This document shows, piece by piece, positions 10,489 through 20,382 of a stretch of 64,000 nucleotides of DNA. How positions within the stretch are numbered: position 1 is the stretch's first letter; the number at the start of each line of letters is the position of its first letter. The position numbers and the translations under genes are program-made. The notes beneath the pieces were generated by a model. It saw nothing but the letters and a program-made list of their open reading frames with translations, was not told the origin of the DNA and did no database searches. This DNA comes from a virus, in IMG/VR virus record IMGVR_UViG_3300034105_001195, positions 19,354 to 83,353 of that record; one strand, given 5' to 3'.

Positions 10489-10998
10489 CTAGGCAAATCG
10501 GCCTAGTCTATCGGTGACTCTAGAGTATTTGACCTCTAGTATTACGTCTGCTGACAGGAACCCCTGAAGTTCTTGAGATGGCTCAATTGGAGAGGTCTCT
10601 GTAATATGAATGCTGTGGAAAATTAATTTATTAGAAGTCTTTGAGGCATTGACATCCTTTGCAGATTCGTCCATTCTTCTGAAAAGGTCTGTCATGAGGT
10701 TTCTCATCTCGTAGATTTCTGTTACATCTGTTGAATAGATGGTGAACAAAACCTTCTCACAGCATATTAGCCAGTTCTCCTCATAGGATAAACCGATTTT
10801 GTCATATACGATGTGCTTCTTGCCGTTTAGGAATTGATCCATTTCTGGCAATTGCTGGACTGGAACAATAGGGATTATCTCTGTTCCAAGGTTGTCCGAG
10901 TAATAATCGTTCTGATTAAACATTCCCGTCAACTTTAATTGTGTCCATAGGAACTTGCGAAGCTCGAACATTGCGTCTATCTTATAATCTACTGTCAT
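10489..10998 (-). CDS. Putative tail terminator protein
   Basis: 169 aa directly upstream of the major tail protein. Confidence 0.6.
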   Translation of the reverse strand: MTVDYKIDAMFELRKFLWTQLKLTGMFNQNDYYSDNLGTEIIPIVPVQQLPEMDQFLNGKKHIVYDKIGLSYEENWLICCEKVLFTIYSTDVTEIYEMRNLMTDLFRRMDESAKDVNASKTSNKLIFHSIHITETSPIEPSQELQGFLSADVILEVKYSRVTDRLGRFA

Positions 10999-11783
10999 AG
11001 TGAGCCTCCAAATGATGAACTTAATGCTGCGTCCGCCTGCATTCTTATTTTACCAGCACTGAAGCTATACTGCACCTTTTTAATATTAATTGGGACATCT
11101 AGGGCTTTAGCGATCTTAGCATTAAAGATTCTTTGGAATCCAGATGAACGTATTGAAGAGTTTACTAGTTGCCCGCCAAAAAATCTACCATATGTAAGAG
11201 CAAACTGATTTGTTGCCGCCCTGCCTCCAGGCCTCTTGACGGTCACAGAGGTTCCTTTAGGCATAAAGACTGTTGCACCATCTAATTCAAATACTAAGCG
11301 CTCTGCTGACTTTGGGCGAATTACTACGGGCATTCCCTCTTCCATCACGGTAGCCTTATTACTAAATACATATTTTCTTTTTTGCTTTTTGTTCTTAGAA
11401 GGAACTGCTGATTTAGATAATTTAAAGTCACGACCTATTCTAAATGAAAGTCCACCTGTGTCTATTAAGTATAAATCAAATAATCTAAATGAGGGATTAC
11501 CTGTCTTATTCCACTCATATACGTGGTGAAGGCTTTTAGGCTTTGTTCTTGCCTGAGCATCTACATACTGACCGAAGTCTTTTTCTATTTGATTAAATAT
11601 GGTTGTTTTAAATAAGTTTTTAAATTCGGCATTTGATGTCAGCTTAGAAAGGACTGCAGCTTCATAGTATAGGAATGCTGATATCTGGGCTACTGTGCTG
11701 TCTTTGATTACTCCTGGAACTGATCCAGCCATCAATCTTTCTAGACCGCTAGATGCTTGCAGTAATGCTACGCTACTGTCCAA
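10995..11783 (-). CDS. Putative neck/tail completion protein
   Basis: 262 aa, basic, in the head-tail joining block. Confidence 0.5.
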   Translation of the reverse strand: MDSSVALLQASSGLERLMAGSVPGVIKDSTVAQISAFLYYEAAVLSKLTSNAEFKNLFKTTIFNQIEKDFGQYVDAQARTKPKSLHHVYEWNKTGNPSFRLFDLYLIDTGGLSFRIGRDFKLSKSAVPSKNKKQKRKYVFSNKATVMEEGMPVVIRPKSAERLVFELDGATVFMPKGTSVTVKRPGGRAATNQFALTYGRFFGGQLVNSSIRSSGFQRIFNAKIAKALDVPINIKKVQYSFSAGKIRMQADAALSSSFGGSL

Positions 11784-12201
11784 TTACCTGACTCTCCGAT
11801 CTTTTTATAGTGGCGTTATATCCAACAATTCCACCTAGTGGTTCTGTCATTGGAACAACACCCATTACTTCAAATACTGTCGGAGTGTTATTTGGAAAGT
11901 TAATTTCTTCCCATATTACGGTGCCATCTAGATTTCTGATGTTTGTAATCTTTTCTCTAAAGGTAACCTTTGTTGCAGTTCTTACTTGTAATACCTGATC
12001 ATTTAAATACTTATTAGAAAAGACTTGCTTGTCTCCAGCCGTTCTTGAAGATGAGTTGCTTACTGTACCTTTAGCACTGCATGGTACAGTTCTAGTAAAT
12101 TGCCACTCTTTTTTTAATGCGCCAGTTGACTCGTCTTGTGTATCGAATTGCTTATAGACATCCATAAGCATAGGAAAGACTGAATCAATAATGGCATACA
12201 T
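11773..12201 (-). CDS. Putative head closure (stopper) protein
   Basis: 142 aa, beta-rich; position after the adaptor. Confidence 0.55.
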   Translation of the reverse strand: MYAIIDSVFPMLMDVYKQFDTQDESTGALKKEWQFTRTVPCSAKGTVSNSSSRTAGDKQVFSNKYLNDQVLQVRTATKVTFREKITNIRNLDGTVIWEEINFPNNTPTVFEVMGVVPMTEPLGGIVGYNATIKRSESQVIGQ

Positions 12202-13187
12202 TAGATCAGAACCATTTGAGTGATAACATACGGATTAAGAAGCTGGTCTACATATAGATTGCCAGTTCCCTTTGATGCCGATGCATTATACTCAAAGCTC
12301 CAGTCAAATGTCTTGATTGATTTGATGTACTTATTTCTCCAGACCTTGTCCTTTGAGAAGTAATCTTTCATCAGTTCAACTGTAGCAAGCTGGACCTTAT
12401 CTGGAACAGATTCCCATCCAAATTGTCCTACGATCTTGTACTTAATATTTTTAGAAAATACACCGTTAAATGTATCATTAATTGATGGCGGAACTAAGCC
12501 ATTTGCAACATATACCGTATTATCCAATAGGTTAGTTCTGTTTACTCTTACTCCGAATCCAGTCTCTGAAACAATTGGATCGTACAACCAATTATTGACT
12601 TTAGGAGTAGAAAGATTGTCCACTAGCAAGATATCATTAGAGTAAATCTTATATATCTTGTTTAGTTTAGCTGGAAGAGGAAGTGTGTCTGAATCATCTC
12701 CATAGATTGATTCTTCTCCTGAGTATAGATAAAAGTCTTGATTTGTAAAATCTTCTACTATCTTTCTTGCATATCTTTCTGCTGCCTGTAGATCTCCGTA
12801 TGTCTTATAATTTGGATCGCTTGGGTCTGCCCCAAAGTTCAAATCATCTATCTGTTCATTGATATTGATATAGGGAGATACTACATTAGCATATGTGGTA
12901 TGTGTTCCTACTGCCCCGCCTGAAACTGTATACTGCCATACAATCTTAAAGTTTCTAGGATATGACGAATACGAAAATGGCAACACTATTTGATAGGTAC
13001 CAATATCTGTCTCTACCGCCGTTGCATTAATCGTTGACAATATAGTTGTCGGTAGTATGACATTGGTTGGATCTTTTGTTACGTCATAAATCTTTGCTGT
13101 TACAACGCTAGAAGGTGTTATTAGTTCACCCTCCCAATAGATCTTTGTTCTAATTGGTGAGTTGCTATTTACGTATATCTCTGCCAT
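12201..13187 (-). CDS. Head-tail adaptor protein with an N-terminal extension
   Basis: 328 aa; ARKIVEDFTNQDF...FGWESVPDKVQLATVELMKD...VDQLLNPY resembles gp6/gp15-like adaptors. Confidence 0.7.
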   Translation of the reverse strand: MAEIYVNSNSPIRTKIYWEGELITPSSVVTAKIYDVTKDPTNVILPTTILSTINATAVETDIGTYQIVLPFSYSSYPRNFKIVWQYTVSGGAVGTHTTYANVVSPYININEQIDDLNFGADPSDPNYKTYGDLQAAERYARKIVEDFTNQDFYLYSGEESIYGDDSDTLPLPAKLNKIYKIYSNDILLVDNLSTPKVNNWLYDPIVSETGFGVRVNRTNLLDNTVYVANGLVPPSINDTFNGVFSKNIKYKIVGQFGWESVPDKVQLATVELMKDYFSKDKVWRNKYIKSIKTFDWSFEYNASASKGTGNLYVDQLLNPYVITQMVLI

Positions 13188-13201
13188 GTTATAGGCTTAG
13201 A

Positions 13202-13609
13202 TTAGTTGTAATACTCCTGAACTTCTTTTGGAGTTGCTAATCTGAAGCCCTCCTCCTTATCAAAAATTTCTTGAGCATTGTCTTCTGTCATTGCAATAAA
13301 CGGGTGCTCTCTTGTAAATGTAAATCCATTAATATCATACCTGAAGTTTTCTCTAGTCATTCTAACTAGCACTGTGTCTTCTGGCTGAGCATTTGGATCA
13401 AATCTTGGAAGAATCTCTTCTGCGTTCTCGCTGAATTCATCTGTCGAATCTTCGATGTCCTTAATAGTCTTTTGATAAACAGACCATGTGACTCCCTCTT
13501 CTGCAAGGGCGGCAACGATATCTGCCTTACTCTTAATACCATCAGTATCAACTGCAAAGTCCTCTGCAATTTTTCTGAGTTCTGCTACTTTCAATGTCTC
13601 GAATGACAT
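13202..13609 (-). CDS. Virion-module protein with an N-terminal HeH/Rho-N-like motif
   Basis: LKVAELRKIAEDFAVDTDGIKSKADIVAAL; acidic remainder; follows the capsid gene. Confidence 0.55.
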   Translation of the reverse strand: MSFETLKVAELRKIAEDFAVDTDGIKSKADIVAALAEEGVTWSVYQKTIKDIEDSTDEFSENAEEILPRFDPNAQPEDTVLVRMTRENFRYDINGFTFTREHPFIAMTEDNAQEIFDKEEGFRLATPKEVQEYYN

Positions 13610-13658
13610 ATTATCTCCTTTGTTAGGTTATTCAATTATAGCATTGATAAATTAAAAT

Positions 13659-13690
13659 GAAAAGCCCCCAAAATTAATTGGGGGCCTTTC
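13659..13690 (-). terminator. Terminator after the major capsid gene
   Basis: GCCCCCAA-N6-TTGGGGGC inverted repeat with a T-run on the minus strand. Confidence 0.75.
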
Positions 13691-13711
13691 GAGGGTTTTA
13701 TCTTAAATTAA

Positions 13712-14761
13712 TTAAGAAGCAACCTTAACGTTCTTTACAACGACCCAAGCGTCAGCTTGTTCGATCTGGACGCCAACACGAGTATACATTGTGTACTCGA
13801 TTGAGTCCTTACGTGGCCAGAAGAAGCGGTAGACTGTTACGTCACGCTTAACTCCGATAACTACGTTATTTGGGAATGACAAGTGAATGTCTCCGTGTGA
13901 TCCTGTTGGTGTTGTGTAATCACCAGTCTGTGTCTCGTTAAGAAGTGGTACTTCAACAATCGGAATACCGAATGCGAATGGTGCCACATATCCTGCTGGT
14001 CCACCTAGTGGTGCGACTCCGCCACGGATAACGCTTGAAGCGATGTCCTGTGGAATTGTCTGGTTTGTTCCAATGCTGTTAGCATATAGGAAATCCTGAA
14101 TCAAGTTTGATCCAGCAAGGAAGCGAAGGTCTCCACGACGTTGCTTGTACTTACGTGGCATAGCCTTAAGTGCCTTGTTGAATACTTCACGTGATACTGT
14201 GGCTCCAGCTGCGTCTACGACACGACCTGATGCCTTTGCCTTCTTTACAACGCCATCGAATGACTTGTAAAGAGCGTCTCCTGTTAGGGAAACATTTCCA
14301 TTGAGGATTACATCTTCAATGTCGTTACCTGCCTGTGTTGCCATCAAACGTGCAATGTGATCTTCTAGATCTGCACCTTCGATGTTGTCTTCTAGAGACT
14401 CTGTTGAAAGCTCCCAGTCCATGCGGAGTTTCTTTGTTGTCAAAGAGATTTTTGAGAAAGTTACTGCATTGTTAGATGCTGTATCGTCTGCCTCAGTTGC
14501 AAGCTTCATAAGCTTCTCACCAACGGACATACGGTCAATCTCGGCTGTGTCTGACTTCATACGAACTGTACGTGCGACCTTACCGATTACGGTTGCGTCG
14601 AACATATAGTCAAGGAAGCGAGCTGATTGTTCTGGGTTAAGAAGTCCACCGTTACCAGCTTCTGATGCACGGTGTGTTCCTGTTCCACCAGTTGTTGAGG
14701 CAAATGTGCCTGTAGCTGTAGTTCCAGCTGCAACTGCTTTTTCTAATGTTTCATTGCTCAT
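13712..14761 (-). CDS. Major capsid protein (HK97 fold)
   Basis: 349 aa; GGLLNPEQSARFLDYMFD...ELSTESLEDNIEG...NDIEDVILNG; follows the protease/scaffold gene. Confidence 0.92.
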   Translation of the reverse strand: MSNETLEKAVAAGTTATGTFASTTGGTGTHRASEAGNGGLLNPEQSARFLDYMFDATVIGKVARTVRMKSDTAEIDRMSVGEKLMKLATEADDTASNNAVTFSKISLTTKKLRMDWELSTESLEDNIEGADLEDHIARLMATQAGNDIEDVILNGNVSLTGDALYKSFDGVVKKAKASGRVVDAAGATVSREVFNKALKAMPRKYKQRRGDLRFLAGSNLIQDFLYANSIGTNQTIPQDIASSVIRGGVAPLGGPAGYVAPFAFGIPIVEVPLLNETQTGDYTTPTGSHGDIHLSFPNNVVIGVKRDVTVYRFFWPRKDSIEYTMYTRVGVQIEQADAWVVVKNVKVAS

Positions 14762-14776
14762 TATTTTATACCTACC

Positions 14777-16126
14777 TTAGTTGAATATTTCGTTTACGGA
14801 ACCGAGGAAAGAACCGTTCCATTTAGATTTTTTGATTGTTACTTCTTCTGATCGGCCAAGATCTGAAGACTTCTTGATTGCAGTCTCTGATTCTACTGCG
14901 TCGACACGCTTTTGTACACCATCAATCGTGTTCTTGATGTTATTTACAGCGCTTGAAAGTGCTGTGTGTTGTTCTGCCAACTCTGAAATTCTAGCATCTA
15001 CGCTCTTGCTGAAAGTTTCAACAGTCTCTTGGATTGTTGTTACTTGTGCTGCATTTGCTTCAGATGCCTTGTTTAGAGTTTCTGAGAAAAAGCCTTTTAG
15101 ATCGCCTAACATCTTCGCAAAATCAGGTTCATCAACCTTATCTTCTGATACTTCGGCTGCTTTTTCCAGAGTCTCGGCAGGAACGTCTTCTGCTACTGCA
15201 TCTGCAGGAGCTTCAGCTGGAGTTGCATCTTCTGCAACAACTGCTGTATCTTCAACGGCTGCTTCTGTTGTTTCTGCTTCGGCTGGTGCCTCTACTGCAA
15301 CATCTTCGACAACTACGTTTTCTGTATTATCTGACATTTCATTACCTCCTTCTGCGTTTGCCTGTTTTGCAATTGTTTGTGTTTCAGGCAACGTAAATCT
15401 TGAATGCTTGTATGCATCAAGAATCTTATCTATCTCTTTTGCTTTGTTAACATCTGAGCTTTCAACCCATCCGATTAACTCTGCTGGCTTTCCAGATACT
15501 GGAGAGTCATATGTTTTATCTGTTGAGATAAAAACAGAATCACTGTCTGCACAGTAAAATATATTTTCAGTTACTACTCCTACTGCAATTCCCTTTGCAA
15601 TGTATTGTCCATTGACCTTCTGGATAGAAAGAATGTTACAAAGTTCATTTGCTGGTGAATCAACAATAGAAAGCTCAATTAGTTCATAGTTCTTAATAAA
15701 TCTTACGGTCTTGCCACTCGCCTTGTTAACTTCATTGTCTGACTCAAGAATCTTTCCGCCGATTGAGAATCCAGATAGAGTTCCGTCTAAAACTTTCTCC
15801 CAGGTGTCTTGTGCGCCCTTTGAGATGTATGCATCGACATACACTCCGTTGAAGAACTCTTTTGACTTTGGGTCGTAGAAAGTTTCTGGTTTAAAAGAAA
15901 CCATCTTTCCTACCGCATTTGATCCGTGCATCTCACGAATATTCCCACGGAAATTTTCGAATGCCTTGAGACTTGATTCTGCTGTTACAACATCACCAGT
16001 CTGATCAACATTGTCTAGGGTTGCGAATCCAGATACGGTTCTCTTTTCACGGTTAACTTTAGTAAAAGGAACCGACAAATTAATAACGTTGCCGTTACTG
16101 GTCCATAAAGACTTTTCAATGTTCAT
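14777..16126 (-). CDS. Prohead protease fused to a scaffold
   Basis: N-terminal HK97-type protease motifs (VSGFATLDNVDQTGD, IREMH, GFSIGG, ELSIVDSPAN); acidic coiled-coil C-terminus with a possible internal start (GGAGG before MSDNTE). Confidence 0.88.
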   Translation of the reverse strand: MNIEKSLWTSNGNVINLSVPFTKVNREKRTVSGFATLDNVDQTGDVVTAESSLKAFENFRGNIREMHGSNAVGKMVSFKPETFYDPKSKEFFNGVYVDAYISKGAQDTWEKVLDGTLSGFSIGGKILESDNEVNKASGKTVRFIKNYELIELSIVDSPANELCNILSIQKVNGQYIAKGIAVGVVTENIFYCADSDSVFISTDKTYDSPVSGKPAELIGWVESSDVNKAKEIDKILDAYKHSRFTLPETQTIAKQANAEGGNEMSDNTENVVVEDVAVEAPAEAETTEAAVEDTAVVAEDATPAEAPADAVAEDVPAETLEKAAEVSEDKVDEPDFAKMLGDLKGFFSETLNKASEANAAQVTTIQETVETFSKSVDARISELAEQHTALSSAVNNIKNTIDGVQKRVDAVESETAIKKSSDLGRSEEVTIKKSKWNGSFLGSVNEIFN

Positions 16127-16179
16127 ATGCTTAATTTTATAGTGTTATAGACTATAAAGCAAATAACAGTTGAGTGGAC

Positions 16180-17763
16180 TTAGTCAACCTGTCTTCCGTC
16201 GCCTTTAGCATTTCTGCCTTCCCCATCAACATCGGGGGCGGCTGCCTGACGGTCTTGAGATCTTTGTCTTGTATTTCCTGCTTGAGCTCTTTGCTCTGCG
16301 GCGGCTTGTCCTTTTAAATCGACCATGTCGTCTCCGCCATCAAGTGGAATCATACCCTTTCTAATTCTAACTTCATTAGGGGTAATTACCTGCATACGCA
16401 AATATCTTTCATCAATTTTAGACTGGGTATCCTCATCGGTCAAAGTCAATTCATTAAACTTCAAAGTTAGGGCATCGGTCTTTTCTTCAAATATTGCATT
16501 TATTTTCTTTTCAAGTGTCATCTGGGCTGGACGGCAAACTTGCTCTTTAAATGTCTTGTCTGCATCACGGGCAACCGCTAAATTTACACCCTCTGGAGTT
16601 CCAATTTTATTAATTGGCACACGGTGGGCTAATAGGATTTCGTCTCTATTTGATTTACGATACTTCTCAAATGAACCCTCTTGGCTTCCCGCCTCAATTG
16701 GCTCCATTTTAAATTCAACCTTTGAGTCTGGGCTATCTGCTGGAAGCGGAACATATAAAGATCTGTGGTTCTTTCCCTTTAATCCAACTTGGAAAAACTC
16801 AAGCAATTTACGCTCTGACTCTGGAGAAAGCTTTGCTCCCTTTACTGTAATAATATATCTTGGGACCGCTTTGTTTTCAAAGTAGTCTAGGTTATATCGA
16901 CCAGATAATTCATTACCTGCGAGTGCTACCTGTGCAGCAATAATATCTGGGATACCATAATAATTATTCATCGGAGTATACTTCTTAAAATGAATAATCT
17001 CATTTGGGCGATCTTCTTGCCCAGCAATTGGATTCTCTGTTTCAGTATCTCCAAAGTTATTAAAGAATACAGCCTTGCCGTATAGCAATTGAATAAAGCC
17101 GTCTCTTAGTCTACGAACACGCATTGTCTTTGCTGGAATATGTCCAATATATCCAATGTTTCCGCCTGTTGTTCTGCCTACTTCAAGGTAGCCATTTCCT
17201 GTTGCTTCTAAATCTGTGTAAACCTTAATCAAAGTCTGTGTAAATGTATCTTCAGAGTTTGTTGTATCTAGCCAGGCGTGTAAGTCTTGACGAAGCTTAT
17301 TCAGCTTTCTACGGGCTCTCTCTAACTGCTTGTCATCTGTGATTGCATCAAAGGCATCATTAGTTTTCTTTGTATCAACAAAGTCATATCCGAGCCCAAC
17401 AATGTTTGCAACCTTTGCGTTAATTGCCGCATAGTTATATGTTGAAATCTCATACACCTTTGAAAGATACTCTTGGTTATATGGAGGCTCAATAAGGTCA
17501 AACATAGCATATCCACTAATTGCTTGTGCAAGTAGGTTTTGCTGTGTTCCCGTTTCTTCAATGCCAGTAAATGACTTTGAGAACTCTCTATTAATTCTAC
17601 GCTTAAATGCAGATCCTAGACCTCTGACTTTTTTTAGCTCTTCAAGGTTTACTGCAAATGGGTCATTGCTCTTTTCATCTTTCTTGAAAGAGAACCAGTC
17701 TGCTGTATTTGATATATCAATAATGTTTTCTGAGTTGTTTTCGTTAAGAAATTCTACTGTCAT
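16180..17763 (-). CDS. Portal protein
   Basis: 527 aa; DLEATGNGYLEV, EIIHFK...YYGIPD, YFENKAVP, ITPNEVR motifs of HK97/PBSX-type portals. Confidence 0.92.
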   Translation of the reverse strand: MTVEFLNENNSENIIDISNTADWFSFKKDEKSNDPFAVNLEELKKVRGLGSAFKRRINREFSKSFTGIEETGTQQNLLAQAISGYAMFDLIEPPYNQEYLSKVYEISTYNYAAINAKVANIVGLGYDFVDTKKTNDAFDAITDDKQLERARRKLNKLRQDLHAWLDTTNSEDTFTQTLIKVYTDLEATGNGYLEVGRTTGGNIGYIGHIPAKTMRVRRLRDGFIQLLYGKAVFFNNFGDTETENPIAGQEDRPNEIIHFKKYTPMNNYYGIPDIIAAQVALAGNELSGRYNLDYFENKAVPRYIITVKGAKLSPESERKLLEFFQVGLKGKNHRSLYVPLPADSPDSKVEFKMEPIEAGSQEGSFEKYRKSNRDEILLAHRVPINKIGTPEGVNLAVARDADKTFKEQVCRPAQMTLEKKINAIFEEKTDALTLKFNELTLTDEDTQSKIDERYLRMQVITPNEVRIRKGMIPLDGGDDMVDLKGQAAAEQRAQAGNTRQRSQDRQAAAPDVDGEGRNAKGDGRQVD

Positions 17764-18101
17764 CTTAAACCACCTAGTTTCTTCATTTCGTCCTTATAGT
17801 TACCAATATCATATGGATCAGGGATTAGTCCCCAGTTGAGTCTTTGCTGTTGGTGCTCAAATTCTTCGTCATCAATTTTGCGTCTTGCTGAAAGAAATTT
17901 AGGCCCGCCTTCATATATACCGAATGAGCGAACTTCTCTAGCCAAAGCATCGATGTTGGATCTATTGCCTTTTTTGGACGTGACCGAAAGAAAGTTGCCA
18001 TCGTCATCTCCAATCCATCTGCCGTCTGGCATCTCCCAGACATATATACCTAGAATTGACTCTTCGTCATTAACTTTATATTTAGCTTTACTCATATCCA
18101 T
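17760..18101 (-). CDS. Hypothetical protein upstream of the portal
   Basis: 113-aa ORF overlapping the portal start, preceded by a TGnTATGAT element. Confidence 0.6.
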   Translation of the reverse strand: MDMSKAKYKVNDEESILGIYVWEMPDGRWIGDDDGNFLSVTSKKGNRSNIDALAREVRSFGIYEGGPKFLSARRKIDDEEFEHQQQRLNWGLIPDPYDIGNYKDEMKKLGGLR

Positions 18102-18163
18102 AGAACTAAATCATACCATTATTTCGTGTCAAAGTCCAGAGTTTGCACACTGGTTGGACACAA

Positions 18164-19969
18164 TTAAAGGCTAACTGACTCTGGCTCTACCACTGTTAGA
18201 AAGAACGGGGTGGAATCGTCACCAGAGGATGACTCTATTAGTGAAAATGAAGTGTCGTTAATCTGATTTACCGTATTTCCCGTATAAAGCAGGTAATGGT
18301 TTAGAATTCTATTTACAGATAGGGTGGTCTCATATACGGCTACGTTATTATACATATGCCCAATCCCAGACTTGGTGTCGTTCTGATTCTGATTAAATTT
18401 GATGCTTGTATCAGATGATGTTAGATTAATTACAATATGATGTGGTGTGTCTACTACTAGGAAGTTCCAGACATTTGTTTCCGCCGTCCTGTCTATGCCA
18501 TTTACATAAATTGAGGATATCCCTGTCTTTGTTATTAGCCCCGCATTATTCCACTCGTACTTTTTAGTAGCACCTGAGAATAGGACATTCTCATTATACT
18601 GAGGTGTGTATATAAGTTCTATGCAAGAAACGGCGGGAATAGAATTTAATGAGAATCCATGTCCATTATACATAGTCAGCCCATTGTACTTATTGTAAGA
18701 AAGGGTCTTGCTATTAAATTTTGGCAAAGCATAGTCATAGTCGGAAGATACATAGTATCCTGAATTATCGCTATAGAAGTTCTTGCCCGTATAGAAAGCT
18801 ATTTCTAGGGATCTGAGAATTGGAAGATACTTACTGGTATCTGCAGAGGATAAGGTTATCCTTAAATAAACAATCTCTGAGAACTGATCATCATTTTTAT
18901 TTATATATGGAAGAGGGCTTCCATTCTTGCAAGTCCGCCAAGCAATATTATCAATGCTTGCCTCTACTAGAATTCCAGTTACATCGTTGCTCCAGTGGAT
19001 TTGAGATGTATCGATATTCAAATAATTAGGCACAATGAAATAGTCTGTAAATGTAAATGATGCAGTTGCTGCAGTCTCTGTCTCTGGTATATAGATATAG
19101 GAATTGTCATCAGATATTGTAATGCCGCCCGTTGCTACTTCAGACCAAGGCTTGGATCCTGGATATGAATAAATAAACTTAGGTCTAAGTGACTCTGTGT
19201 TCATGCTGAAAAGATAGCCATTGTCTGCTGATACAATTTGAGATATGTTTACTTCTTGAGTTCCCTCATTATAATGAGCCAATACCTGGGTACCAGATAA
19301 AGCGTATCTATAGAATCCTACACAGTCTACTACAAATCTACCAGTAGACGGTCCTGATTGAAAGGTTGCTGTCTCATTGGAAAACTTGTATGAGTCTATT
19401 TGCAATGCATCAGCAATAAATCCGTTTATGTATAGGGATAATATATTGCTCTGGAATATACCTACAACATATACTACTTCAGAATTTGATACTGTGGCTT
19501 GAACCTGGTTGGCTCCAACTCTAAATATAATATTGCCGTTCTGATAAAATATGCCCGTATTTGTTGCGGTGTCTCCAACTATTGTTGTGCTTACGTTATA
19601 TCCTGGAAGTGCACACCAAGCCTCTATGGAGAAAGAGTTATCCTTGTAATACTTTGTAGCAATTCCTTTTGGGTTGTATGCAATAATGGTTGAACTTAAA
19701 ACCTCAGTTCCTCTTACCGATCCCGTAACTAAAGGCATAATCTGTTTTGAGGAAGCGGAAGAAGCAGTACCGTTATTTAGACTACCTGAGTAATCGTAAA
19801 TCTGAATTCCGCTTATTTCTCCATAGTTAAGGCCACTATCTTTTAAAGCTTGATATGTTGCATATTGAGACATCAGTTCGGTATACGTGTTAGTTGTACC
19901 CGATTGAACCTCATCTAGTAAATAAAATGAGTTTGGAAAGTCGTTTAAGACTCTACTTTTATATGACAT
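18164..19969 (-). CDS. Virion protein with a LamG/concanavalin-A-like domain
   Basis: 601 aa; FSIEAW...LSLYING...FYRYALSGTQVLAHY LamG pattern. Confidence 0.7.
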   Translation of the reverse strand: MSYKSRVLNDFPNSFYLLDEVQSGTTNTYTELMSQYATYQALKDSGLNYGEISGIQIYDYSGSLNNGTASSASSKQIMPLVTGSVRGTEVLSSTIIAYNPKGIATKYYKDNSFSIEAWCALPGYNVSTTIVGDTATNTGIFYQNGNIIFRVGANQVQATVSNSEVVYVVGIFQSNILSLYINGFIADALQIDSYKFSNETATFQSGPSTGRFVVDCVGFYRYALSGTQVLAHYNEGTQEVNISQIVSADNGYLFSMNTESLRPKFIYSYPGSKPWSEVATGGITISDDNSYIYIPETETAATASFTFTDYFIVPNYLNIDTSQIHWSNDVTGILVEASIDNIAWRTCKNGSPLPYINKNDDQFSEIVYLRITLSSADTSKYLPILRSLEIAFYTGKNFYSDNSGYYVSSDYDYALPKFNSKTLSYNKYNGLTMYNGHGFSLNSIPAVSCIELIYTPQYNENVLFSGATKKYEWNNAGLITKTGISSIYVNGIDRTAETNVWNFLVVDTPHHIVINLTSSDTSIKFNQNQNDTKSGIGHMYNNVAVYETTLSVNRILNHYLLYTGNTVNQINDTSFSLIESSSGDDSTPFFLTVVEPESVSL

Positions 19970-19987
19970 TCCATCCTCCTCTTTTAA

Positions 19988-20185
19988 TTAAAGTGCTGCT
20001 ATTTGTGTTTGCTTTTCAGCAATAAGTGATTCAAGCTTTGATACTGAATCTGCATTTGGCTCTGCTTTTGCATTTTCTGCAATAAGCTGAACTTCCAAAG
20101 AGTACATCTGGTACTCAAGGTTTCTTACTTCTGCATCAACAATTGCTGCTTTTTCATCATTTGTTAACTTTGTATATGTTGCCAT
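19988..20185 (-). CDS. Small coiled-coil protein
   Basis: 65 aa with a GGAG RBS. Confidence 0.6.
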   Translation of the reverse strand: MATYTKLTNDEKAAIVDAEVRNLEYQMYSLEVQLIAENAKAEPNADSVSKLESLIAEKQTQIAAL

Positions 20186-20198
20186 TTTATTCTCCTTT

Positions 20199-20381
20199 TT
20201 ATAATTCAGCCAGTAGCTGGCTGTATGTGTTTTTTTCAGACTTTGCGTTTTCTAAAATAGTGCTATTAGAAACTTTGTGATCTTCGGGTTCATCCTTAAA
20301 TGGCTCAAGCCTAAATATTAAATCATTTAATATTTCAATTTTACCATTTAAAATTTCTTTTTTCTCTTCTATTGATATCAT
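20199..20381 (-). CDS. Small hypothetical protein
   Basis: Likely start MISIEEKK, adjacent to the upstream stop. Confidence 0.55.
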   Translation of the reverse strand: MISIEEKKEILNGKIEILNDLIFRLEPFKDEPEDHKVSNSTILENAKSEKNTYSQLLAEL

Positions 20382-20382
20382 A